Part shown: positions 17,881-26,146 of the stretch, piece by piece | Numbering within the stretch: position 1 is the first letter of the stretch | Layout of the letters: every line of letters begins with the position of its first letter | NCBI GenBank assembly: GCA_964626665.1 | Contig: CAZVGK010000034.1 | Span: forward strand, 1-29,181 | Origin: an uncultured Gemmatimonadota bacterium | Lineage (GTDB): Bacteria > SM23-81 > DAOVCL01 | DNA length: 29,181 nt | Direction of reading: 5' to 3' | Notes under the pieces: model-generated | Told to the model about the DNA's origin: nothing | Seen by the model: only the letters and a program-made list of their open reading frames with translations | The model's database searches: none | Made by a program: the position numbers and the translations under genes

Positions 17881-18459
17881 ATGAAGAGATTTGCGCCCCT
17901 AATCCTGATTTTCTTCTTTTTCTTTTCCCCAATAGTATGGGGGGATTCCCTCTCGGTTCCCTCCTACTCCCTCTATACCGATAGGAGGGCACAGCGGGTA
18001 GGGGATGTCCTTACCGTTTTGATCAGCGAGGAATCATCCGCCTCCAGAACGGCAAAGACCTACACGCGGAAGAAGGACGAGGTATCCACATCAGGTGGGG
18101 GGACTGGGGTTTTGGATTTCATTCCCCTCTTCTCGGCAGGGGTGGACTATAAAAACCTCCACGATGGGACCGGGAGGACCTCGCGCCAGGGGAGGCTCTG
18201 GGCCACGATCACCACCAGGGTGGTGGAGATTCTTCCCAATGGGGATCTAAGGATTGAGGGGAAGAAGACGGTACAGGTAAATCAGGATAAGGAGGTAATC
18301 ACCCTTAAGGGTTTGGTGAGGCCAGAGGACATCGGGCCAGACAACACCGTCCTCTCCATCTATGTGGCTGATGCCCAGATTGGGTACAGGGGGAAGGGGG
18401 CGGTGGATGCGGGGCAGAAGAAGGGGATAATCTTGCGCATACTCGATTGGTTCTTTTAA
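17881..18459 (+). CDS. flgH: L-ring protein FlgH (no cysteine or lipobox)
   Basis: SLY.DRRA..VGD.LTV.I.E, V.E.LPNG.L.IEG.K, GLVRPEDI..DNTV.S..VADA.I.Y.G.G. Confidence 0.93.
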   Translation: MKRFAPLILIFFFFFSPIVWGDSLSVPSYSLYTDRRAQRVGDVLTVLISEESSASRTAKTYTRKKDEVSTSGGGTGVLDFIPLFSAGVDYKNLHDGTGRTSRQGRLWATITTRVVEILPNGDLRIEGKKTVQVNQDKEVITLKGLVRPEDIGPDNTVLSIYVADAQIGYRGKGAVDAGQKKGIILRILDWFF

Positions 18460-18550
18460 CCCAAATAATTCGTGGGCCACAAAGGCACCAGGTCCCAAAA
18501 TAAGAGCCACGGATTCTTTGGAACCCAAATGGCACAAATAGTTAGTTGTA

Positions 18551-18793
18551 TAAATGCGACCTTTACGCTTCTACCCGGCTTTAGCCAGGGTGACCGCTTG
18601 GGGGCTTTAGCCCCGTTTGTTTTGTAGGGATAGACATTTATGTCTGTCCGTTCTCCTCTCGGACAGGTCTAAAGACCTGTCCCTACAACCCGTTCCCACA
18701 AATGCCTTTCCCCTGAGGTGGCAGAACCCCGATTCTGCCACCTCAGGGGCCTAAAGGCCCTGACCCCGCACTAAAGTGCGGTAGAAGTTGGCT
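18551..18793. repeat. Nested repeat complex: family A element (18568-18787) containing a family B REP doublet (18624-18686) and a hairpin (18715-18744)
   Basis: Termini and flanks match the reverse complement of 8145-8284. Internal gtagggatagac..ccctac and gaggtggcagaaccccgattctgccacctc. Confidence 0.8.
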
Positions 18794-18877
18794 GCTGAGA
18801 TTAGAAGTTCCCCACCATTCAAACAGATTCGTTATCGGCCAGCCATCAAGGGCCCTTACCTGACGGCACGGGGGAGG

Positions 18878-18904
18878 GTGGCAGAATCGGGGTTCTGCCA
18901 CCTC
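18878..18904. repeat. Hairpin repeat, inverted copy of 18715-18744
   Basis: gtggcagaatcggggttctgccacctc. Confidence 0.7.
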
Positions 18905-19027
18905 GTAGTTGGGATGAGTAGTTCGGGATAGATGGGTTTTTGTGAATAATACAGGCTAAACGGCATTTCAAAAAACTTGTGCTATGAATGAATAGTTCAG
19001 GTTAAAAAGCGGTAGGATGAAATTAGG

Positions 19028-20140
19028 ATGAGAAGATATCTCTTAAAATCACTTCTCTTATGGCTAATCCTCTTTACCTCCTCTCCCTTGGCCTATTCCA
19101 CCAGGATAAAGGACATAGCCAAGATCAGGGGGCCTGATGAGGAACAGTTGATAGGATATGGCCTGGTGGTTGGCCTGAGAGGAACAGGGGACAGCCGCAG
19201 AACCATATTCACCGCCCAGACCATAGTGAATATGTTGGAGCGAATGGGCATAAGGGTCTCCCAGACCAGGCTGGAGGCGAAGAATGTGGCCGCGGTTATG
19301 GTGACCGCAACCCTTCCCCCCTTTATGGAAAAGGGGAACGCGGTAAATGTGACCGTCTCCTCCCTGGGTGATGCCAGGGGACTTGATGGAGGAACCCTTT
19401 TGCTTACCCCCTTGCGGGGGCCAGATGGACAGGTGTATATCACCGCCCAGGGAGCCATCTCCACAGGCCAGGTGGGGCCCATCTCCACATCTTATCTCCC
19501 CCATAGGGCTAAATTCACTACAGTGGGGAGGATCCCCAATGGAGGATTGGTGAGGAAGGGTTTGCCTAAGGATTTCCTCCGGGATGGGAAGATCTACATC
19601 TGCTTATATCAGCCGGATTTTACCTCTGCATACAGGGTGGCCCAGGCGATCAATAAGCAGATGGGGAAGGAGACGGCGATCACCCGGGATGCCGGCTCAG
19701 TGGAGGTGAAGGTCCCTCAAGACTCCGCCAATGGGGGTATGGCAATGGGGTTTCTCTCCCAACTGGAGAACCTGCGGGTCATTCCCGATGCTCCGGCTAA
19801 GGTGGTGATAGATGAACGATCGGGCACAGTAGTGGTGGGGGAGAATGTGGAGATTGCTTCGGTGGCCGTAGCCCATAAAGGTTTAAAGATTGAGATTACC
19901 TCCCAACCTACGGTATCCCAGCCAAGGCCATTCTCCCTGGGCCAGACGGCAATTAGCACCGCTCCTCAAGGCATTGTCTCCGAACAGGGGGGGAAACTTT
20001 TTTCCCTTCCCCCATCCACCACCGTGGGGGAGGTAGCAGATGCCCTGAACACCTTAGGCCTCAGCCCCCGCGAGATAATCACCATCTTTCAGGCCCTGAA
20101 AGAGGCGGGTGCTCTGCAGGCCAAGCTGGTGATCATATGA
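19028..20140 (+). CDS. flgI: P-ring protein FlgI
   Basis: RIKDIA, QLIGYGLVVGL.GTGD, KNVAAVMVTA.LP, VSS.GDA..L.GGTLL.TPL and I.QALK.AGAL.A. Confidence 0.96.
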   Translation: MRRYLLKSLLLWLILFTSSPLAYSTRIKDIAKIRGPDEEQLIGYGLVVGLRGTGDSRRTIFTAQTIVNMLERMGIRVSQTRLEAKNVAAVMVTATLPPFMEKGNAVNVTVSSLGDARGLDGGTLLLTPLRGPDGQVYITAQGAISTGQVGPISTSYLPHRAKFTTVGRIPNGGLVRKGLPKDFLRDGKIYICLYQPDFTSAYRVAQAINKQMGKETAITRDAGSVEVKVPQDSANGGMAMGFLSQLENLRVIPDAPAKVVIDERSGTVVVGENVEIASVAVAHKGLKIEITSQPTVSQPRPFSLGQTAISTAPQGIVSEQGGKLFSLPPSTTVGEVADALNTLGLSPREIITIFQALKEAGALQAKLVII

Positions 20141-20937
20141 GCCAGGGAACCACGCACCTAAGGCCTCTCCGCGAGCAAGCTCTTCCCCCTGACCAGGGGT
20201 ACGCAGGGAAATTAAAGAGGGCTAGCCAGGAGTTTGAATCGCTTTTCCTCTCCCATCTGCTGAAGGTTATGAGAAAGACCATACCCGAATCAGGGCTTCT
20301 GGAAGGGGGGATAGGGAAGGGTGTCTTCACCGATATCGTCGATCAGAATTTGGCCGTTGATCTAACTAAGGGGGAAGGTTTGGGTCTCTCCTCTCTCCTC
20401 TGGCAGAGTTTGGGCCCGAGGGAAGGGGGGCAGATCGGGGGAGGGGAGGTTCGTCCTCTCTGGTCCCAGGGCACCCTTCTCCGGACCTATAGGCAGCCAG
20501 CCCTGTCTAAGATACCTCAAAAGGTGATCAGAAAGCTTAAAAGATACGGCCATTTGATTAGTGATACGGCCTACTCTAATAATTTGAGCCCCAACCTCGT
20601 CAGGGCGGTGATAGTTCAGGAATCCAGGGGTGAACCCCAGGCCCAATCTCCCAAAGGGGCTAAGGGGTTGATGCAACTTCTGGATGGGACAAGCCGGGAT
20701 TTGGGGGTGACCAACCCTTTCAACCCGGAGGAGAATATCAAAGGTGGCTGTAGGTATCTGAAGTCGCTCATCAGCAGGTTTGGGGGGAATCTCCCGCTGG
20801 CCCTGGCCGCCTACAACGCCGGCCCGCAGGTAGTGGAAAGATACGGCTCCATCCCTCCCATTAAGGAAACCAGGGAGTATGTAAAGGGGGTCTTAAACTA
20901 CAAGAACCTCTTTGACCTCATCTACCCATCCCTTTGA
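20137..20937 (+). CDS. flgJ: FlgJ-like protein: rod-binding domain fused to SLT lytic transglycosylase
   Basis: N-terminal 'LKRASQEFESLFLSHLLKVMRKT'. C-terminal QES.G.P.A.SPKGA.GLMQL, ALAAYNAG and ETREYV. Confidence 0.85.
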   Translation: MSQGTTHLRPLREQALPPDQGYAGKLKRASQEFESLFLSHLLKVMRKTIPESGLLEGGIGKGVFTDIVDQNLAVDLTKGEGLGLSSLLWQSLGPREGGQIGGGEVRPLWSQGTLLRTYRQPALSKIPQKVIRKLKRYGHLISDTAYSNNLSPNLVRAVIVQESRGEPQAQSPKGAKGLMQLLDGTSRDLGVTNPFNPEENIKGGCRYLKSLISRFGGNLPLALAAYNAGPQVVERYGSIPPIKETREYVKGVLNYKNLFDLIYPSL

Positions 20938-21078
20938 TTTTAACCCTTAGCCCGGTTTATTCGTAGGTCCCCGCGGGTTATCTGCAAGGCTGAGCGGTCA
21001 GCCACCCTCATCTGGCCGCCCCCCGACAAGCAGTTATTACTCAGGTTACATTATAGTTTACATATTGGTATTTCATTG

Positions 21079-21256
21079 GTCATTGCGAGGAGTCCCATAG
21101 GGCTTCGGGACGACGAAGCAATCTCATAGTCTAAACCCCATTCAGAGGTTTGGATTGCTTCGCTGCGCTCGCCCCGTTAGATATCGATGAGATCTTAGAG
21201 ATCTCAGGAGAATCTGACATTGAGAGAGATTATTATCTAACGGGGCTCGCAATGAC
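21079..21256. repeat. Long palindromic repeat (GTCATTGCGAG...CTCGCAATGAC) interrupted by a MITE-like insert
   Basis: 11-bp terminal IR with internal cgaagcaatc/gattgcttcg pairing. Confidence 0.75.
21171..21246. mobile_element. MITE-like element with 13-bp terminal inverted repeats
   Basis: GCCCCGTTAGATA...TATCTAACGGGGC, with host sequence gctcgc duplicated across the junctions. Confidence 0.65.
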
Positions 21257-21305
21257 AAGCAAACTACTTTATGTTCGCAGTAGTAAAACCAACCACGAAA
21301 ACCAT

Positions 21306-21333
21306 TAAAGGAAACCATCATTTCTGCCGATAA
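21306..21333 (+). promoter_or_regulatory. Sigma-28 promoter upstream of flgN
   Basis: TAAAGGAA-N12-GCCGATAA. Confidence 0.7.
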
Positions 21334-21344
21334 TAGGAAATAGG

Positions 21345-21845
21345 ATGAAGTTATTCAAGGATTTGGTTGCCATCTTGACGGGGGAGATAGAAAGCCTGAA
21401 CGGGCTGCTTCTCCTCTGTGAAAAGGAGAAGGAATCCTTGGTGGCAGAGGATGTCCGCTCCCTAAACCAGGAAAACAGGGAACAGGAAGAGCTGGTCTCC
21501 AAACTGAAGGATGCCGAGCTGGCTAGGGTCAAAACCACCAGAGAGATAGGCCGGGCCTTGGGTTTGGGAGAGGAGGGGATTACCCTCTCGGAACTGTTGC
21601 CCCACTTAAAAGAGCCTTATGCGAGCAGGCTGAGACAGATGGGGAACAAACTAAACCAAGGGCTGAGAAAGCTCCAAGCCGTTAATCGAACCAATGCCCT
21701 CCTTTTAGCCAATTCCCTAAGGCTTATTCAGAAAAAGGTGGAGCTGTTGACTCAGATCGGGGGGGGGGACGATTCCCTCTATAGCCAAGAGGGGAAGATC
21801 GCCCCTAAGGGGATAAAGAGAAGAATTGTAGATAGAAAAGCTTAG
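21345..21845 (+). CDS. flgN: Flagellar export chaperone FlgN
   Basis: Helical 166-aa protein with L..LL..E...L, E..R, TLSEL and 'N..N..LL..SL' motifs, directly before flgK. Confidence 0.85.
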   Translation: MKLFKDLVAILTGEIESLNGLLLLCEKEKESLVAEDVRSLNQENREQEELVSKLKDAELARVKTTREIGRALGLGEEGITLSELLPHLKEPYASRLRQMGNKLNQGLRKLQAVNRTNALLLANSLRLIQKKVELLTQIGGGDDSLYSQEGKIAPKGIKRRIVDRKA

Positions 21846-21950
21846 GTCCAAAGCCTCTGGAGCCATTTTGAGCCAGGGGAAAACTGGTTAGGTAAGCCCC
21901 GCCAAGGCTCCTTGCGGGCTTTGGGCCTGGGCGCTGAAGAGGAGATTAAG

Positions 21951-23333
21951 ATGAGCGGTCTGGTGGGTATACTTGATATAGGAAAGAGGGCCCTGATGAC
22001 CTACAGGTTGGCTATGAATATCACCGGCCACAATGTGGCCAATGCCAACACGCCGGGCTTTTCCCGCCAGAGGCCGATTCTCACCACTACCCTGCCCATA
22101 GATTTTCGTCCCGGTCAGTTGGGCACTGGGGTAAAGGTAGACGAAATACAGAGGATGAGGGATCAATTCCTGGACCTCCAGGTGAGGGGGGAAACGAGCT
22201 CGGTGGGGCAATGGGAGGAGAGGCAGAAGTTCTTGGGGGAGGTGGAGACCATCTTCAATGAGCCTTCCGAGAGCAGCCTAAACAACGCCCTATCCGAATT
22301 CTGGAATAGTTGGCAAGATCTAGCCAACGATCCGGAGAATATGGCCACCAGGGTGAGCGTGCGGGAGAAAGGTCAACTCCTCTGCAACACCTTCCATAGG
22401 TTGAGATCAAAGTTGCGGAGGGTTCAGGAGGACATAAACCAGTCCATAAAGGGAAGGGTCGAGGAGATAAACTCATTGGCTCAGAGGATAGCCAAGCTAA
22501 ACGGAAAGATCGTTCGCATTGAGATCAGGGGGGAAAATGCCAATGACTTGAGGGATCAAAGGGACCTTCTCATCGACCAATTATCCAAAATAGCCGATGT
22601 ATCCACCGTGGAGCTTGCTGATGGATCAGTAACCGTCTCCATAGCCGGAAATTCCCTGGTGGAGAGGGTTAATACTGTGGCTTTGGGGACATCCGTTCGT
22701 TCCTCCACCTATGGCACAGTTTTCGATGTCACCTATGGCAAGAGTGAACGAGTCCTCAATTTCACCGATGGGGAGCTCAAGGGGCTTATGGACCTGAGGG
22801 ATGAGGTGATCCCCCAATACCTGGAAGATTTAGACACCTTGGCCTCTACATTGATCACCAGGGTGAATTCCCTCCACTCCGCTGGCTATGGCTTGGATGG
22901 CACAACCACCGGCCAGGATTTCTTCTCCGGCAGTGATGCCTCGGATATTGGGATAGACCAGGCCATCCAGGGGGATGTCTCTTTAATTGCTGCCTCCACC
23001 GATGGTTCACCAGGCAACGGGAGCAATGCCTTGGCCATCTCTGATTTGGCCAATCAACTTACGATGAACGGTAACTCGGCTAGCTTTGGGGATTTCTACC
23101 AGTCTATGATGGGAGGCTTGGGCGTCCTCAGCCAGGAGGCCTCGCAGAATTATACGAACAACTTTCTTCTTCTTACCCAATTGGAAAACCATAGGCAGTC
23201 TGTGTCCGGAGTCTCCTTAGATGAGGAGATGGCCAATATGATAAATTATCAACACTCCTTTGAGGCCGCCGCCCGCATCATCAGCACAGTGGATGAGATG
23301 ATGAACACAATTATCAACCAGATGGGAGTATAG
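21951..23333 (+). CDS. flgK: Hook-associated protein 1 FlgK
   Basis: GHNVANANTPGFSRQR, G.GV....I.R.RD.FL, NDLRDQRD, SVSGVSLDEEMAN. ATG at 21951 with GAGGAG SD. Confidence 0.95.
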   Translation: MSGLVGILDIGKRALMTYRLAMNITGHNVANANTPGFSRQRPILTTTLPIDFRPGQLGTGVKVDEIQRMRDQFLDLQVRGETSSVGQWEERQKFLGEVETIFNEPSESSLNNALSEFWNSWQDLANDPENMATRVSVREKGQLLCNTFHRLRSKLRRVQEDINQSIKGRVEEINSLAQRIAKLNGKIVRIEIRGENANDLRDQRDLLIDQLSKIADVSTVELADGSVTVSIAGNSLVERVNTVALGTSVRSSTYGTVFDVTYGKSERVLNFTDGELKGLMDLRDEVIPQYLEDLDTLASTLITRVNSLHSAGYGLDGTTTGQDFFSGSDASDIGIDQAIQGDVSLIAASTDGSPGNGSNALAISDLANQLTMNGNSASFGDFYQSMMGGLGVLSQEASQNYTNNFLLLTQLENHRQSVSGVSLDEEMANMINYQHSFEAAARIISTVDEMMNTIINQMGV

Positions 23334-23438
23334 TTCTTAAGGCGAAATGTAAAATTAAGTTCACCACGGAATCCTATACAATAGTCAATTAGCAATTAAA
23401 CAATCAGCAAGTTAAAAGAAGGCTCGCTCGTTACTCTA

Positions 23439-23542
23439 CTTCTACCTGGCTTTAGCCGGGGTTGATAGGGCTTTAGCCCGTCTAAAGGGTGAGTCAAGGG
23501 AGGGCCTAAAGGCCCTTGACCCGCACTAAAGTGCGGTAGAAG
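23439..23542. repeat. Family A four-hairpin element
   Basis: cttctacctggctttagccgggg..gggctttagccc..ggcctaaaggccc..ccgcactaaagtgcggtagaag. Confidence 0.8.
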
Positions 23543-23684
23543 ACTTCTGCCCAAGGCAACTGAAAAATTTAGTCGAGACAACAAGAGCCGGCAAGATTGA
23601 AGAATAGATGTTTTCGGCAACTTTCAAGTCTTTCTCCCCGGCAACTATTTGGGTTAAGAATACTGTGACTCAGAGGAGGTAGAT

Positions 23685-24596
23685 ATGCGGATCACCAACA
23701 ATATGCTCTCCAGGATATTCCTGCTCAACTTAGAGAAGAATGCCACCAGGCTTATCCAGACACAGGAGAGGCTCTCCACCGGGAGGAGGATAAACCGCCC
23801 TTCCGACGATCCCATAGGCACCAGCAAGGCCCTAAACCTTCGGTTTTTGGAGAAGCAGAACCTACAGTACCAAAAGAACATAGAGGACGCCAGTAGTTGG
23901 CTGAATTTCAATGACTCTGCTTTAGGAGATCTCCAAACAGCTCTCATACGGGCCAAAGGGATAGCAATCCAGGGCTCGGACAGCACCCTTAATGATGAGG
24001 ACAGAAAGGCTCTGGCTCAGGAGGTCAATCAGATCTTAGAACACATCCTCTCTATGGCCAATTCTAAATTCAAGGGGAAATATATCTTTGGTGGCACAGA
24101 GACAACTACCCCACCCTATACGGTAACCAGGGACGGAACTACCGGGGAGATCACCGCCGTGGCTCCTAACCCAGCGGGCTTAGATGGGGAGATGAAAAGG
24201 GAGATCGGCTCAGGGGTGCAGATTTCCATTAACATCTCGGGGGATGATGTCTTCACTAAGGATGTGGACATATTTCAGACCCTAATTGATCTCCGGGATG
24301 CTTTAAATGGGAATGACCCGGATCAGATAAGAGCCAGCTTGGATGATTTGGACACCTCCTCTGATCAGCTAATCGTAGCTCAAAGCCAGATGGGGGCTAA
24401 GGCAAACAGGGTAGAAACTGCCCTCTCTTGGCTGCAAGATGAGAACTTGAACATAGTTAAACTTCTCTCCGATACAGAAGATGCCGATATGATCAAGGAG
24501 ATAGGTAATCTTCAGCAACAGCAGGTGGTCTATCAATCGTCTTTAGCCTTAGGAGGGAGAATACTTCTCCCCAGCTTAATTGACTTCATCAGGTAG
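23685..24596 (+). CDS. flgL: Hook-associated protein 3 FlgL
   Basis: MRITNNM, LSTGRRINRPSDDP, G.YIFGG and SLIDFIR. SD GGAGG. Confidence 0.93.
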   Translation: MRITNNMLSRIFLLNLEKNATRLIQTQERLSTGRRINRPSDDPIGTSKALNLRFLEKQNLQYQKNIEDASSWLNFNDSALGDLQTALIRAKGIAIQGSDSTLNDEDRKALAQEVNQILEHILSMANSKFKGKYIFGGTETTTPPYTVTRDGTTGEITAVAPNPAGLDGEMKREIGSGVQISINISGDDVFTKDVDIFQTLIDLRDALNGNDPDQIRASLDDLDTSSDQLIVAQSQMGAKANRVETALSWLQDENLNIVKLLSDTEDADMIKEIGNLQQQQVVYQSSLALGGRILLPSLIDFIR

Positions 24597-24614
24597 GGGG
24601 GAAGGGATAAAGCT

Positions 24615-24875
24615 ATGGCGCGGAGGGAAGCAATAGGCAGGGGGAATTCTCTGCTGAAGATAGGTCAAGTATCGCATCTGGTGGATGTGCCTATCTATAC
24701 CCTGAGATATTGGGAGAGGGAATTCCCCGAAATATTGATCCCCTTGCGTACTCCAGGCGGCCAAAGGAGATATAACCAGGAGAGCCTCCAGGTTATCTAC
24801 AGGATCAAGGAGTTGCTCAGGGAGAAGATGTATAGCCTGGCCGGGGCAAGAAGGATATTGGGGGAGGGGAAATAG
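24615..24875 (+). CDS. MerR-family HTH protein (DNA-binding domain only)
   Basis: KIGQVS...V..YTLRYWEREF......RT.GGQRRY......I..IK.LL....YS..GAR. Confidence 0.88.
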   Translation: MARREAIGRGNSLLKIGQVSHLVDVPIYTLRYWEREFPEILIPLRTPGGQRRYNQESLQVIYRIKELLREKMYSLAGARRILGEGK

Positions 24876-24962
24876 GGACGCTTCCTATTTTTCTTCATAA
24901 GAAGGTGCCCGCTATACCATAGTTAGTGAAGGTGCCAAGGTATGTTGCTGATGGTTAGCTTG

Positions 24963-24997
24963 AGGTGGCATCCCGGTTTATTGGGGTGCCACCTTTT
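24963..24997 (+). terminator. Probable intrinsic terminator
   Basis: AGGTGGCATCCC-loop-GGGGTGCCACCT followed by TTT. Confidence 0.6.
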
Positions 24998-24998
24998 C

Positions 24999-25032
24999 CT
25001 TTGCCGTCAGAACAAGGGTTCTGACGGCAAAG
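24999..25032. repeat. Perfect 15-bp-stem palindrome (ccgtcag/ctgacgg family)
   Basis: CTTTGCCGTCAGAAC-AAGG-GTTCTGACGGCAAAG. A related hairpin is at 8868-8890. Confidence 0.65.
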
Positions 25033-25149
25033 TTGTTTGAATGTAAGGGCAATCACTCATTTTCCTCCATCTCTCAGGAATGCAGCGAAGCTTCGCCTCA
25101 AACCGTCCAGCTATGACAGCATAAACTGGGCGAAGCTTCGAATGTGAAA

Positions 25150-25256
25150 TTCACCCCGTTAAATATTTGCTTATTTTACAAGGTTGAATCCTTCTTCTCA
25201 TAACTCCGTTTCCGCCTCTCTAATTTTTGGTGAAACTTGCTATTTAACGGGGTGAA
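25150..25256. mobile_element. MITE-like element with 16-bp terminal inverted repeats
   Basis: TTCACCCCGTTAAATA...TATTTAACGGGGTGAA. Absent from the homologous repeat copy at 11331-11414. Confidence 0.7.
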
Positions 25257-25266
25257 GAATTTAGAA

Positions 25267-25908
25267 TTAAGAATGAAAAAACCTGAGGGTGAGGGGCCTG
25301 GGTCTAAACTCATTGTCCACGGTGATCTTATTCCTCTTGTCAAACATAGTTAATAATATGCGCAAGTGCTCCATCTCCTCCTGCTCTGAGGAGTTTTTGT
25401 TTTTAACGATATCAATAGTATCTAAAAGATCAGCTAAACCATCCAACGAATACCGAGACATCTGGCACGGGACGATGATAAAATCGCTGGCATAGAGGGC
25501 GTTAGTGGTTAAAACCCCTAAAGCCGGGGGACAGTCTATAATGGCAAATTTATAGGAATTTTCCAAACCCTTCATAGAATTAAGTAGAATAGTTTCCCTG
25601 AACATCCGGGAATACATCTGTTCTGCTCCTGAGGCTAATTTGATATGGGAAGGAGCTATATCAAGGTTCTCGATATAAGAAGGGATAACTACATTCTTCA
25701 AACTAAGTTTTGGTGTGATCATAACATCATGCATAGATTTTTCGAGGCTGCTGGGGTCTATGCCAATGCCGATGGTGGAGTGAGCTTGAGGATCCATGTC
25801 TATTAGCAAGGTTTTCTTACCAAGAGAGGCCAAACAACTGGCCAGGTTAATGGCTGTTGTGGATTTGCCGGTTCCACCTTTTTGGTTGGTGATACAGATT
25901 TTTTTCAT
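25267..25908 (-). pseudogene. parA: ParA/Soj ATPase, C-terminally truncated
   Basis: [22 protein letters not shown] and LLTMFDKR. The last ~17 codons derive from the dispersed repeat, the normal C-terminal part is missing, and no parB follows. Confidence 0.75.
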
Positions 25909-26001
25909 AAGATTGCTGAGCTCATATTAAGTAAGTACTTGATATGCAGTATGTATAACTGAGTCAATACTCAATTTATACTGAGTTATTACCTAATATG
26001 A

Positions 26002-26030
26002 AGGGTATATGATTAAAAAGGGGCTGTCAA
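26002..26030 (-). promoter_or_regulatory. Sigma-70-like promoter of parA
   Basis: TTGACA-N17-TACCCT. Confidence 0.45.
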
Positions 26031-26146
26031 GGAGAAAATAGAGTGTCTTAAACACAGGTGGTCTTTTTTAAGTATAAGTTAAACTTAAGATTATACCGAA
26101 TAGGATTTCGTTTTATCCCTAATTCTTTAAATCGGTTTTAGGTAAA

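Noticed and set aside
18551..18904. CRISPR-like repeat cluster
   Set aside because: No constant direct repeat with regular unique spacers, and no cas genes.
24876..25130. tRNA integration site at the island edge
   Set aside because: No cloverleaf or T-loop GTTCGA motif found; only hairpin repeats.
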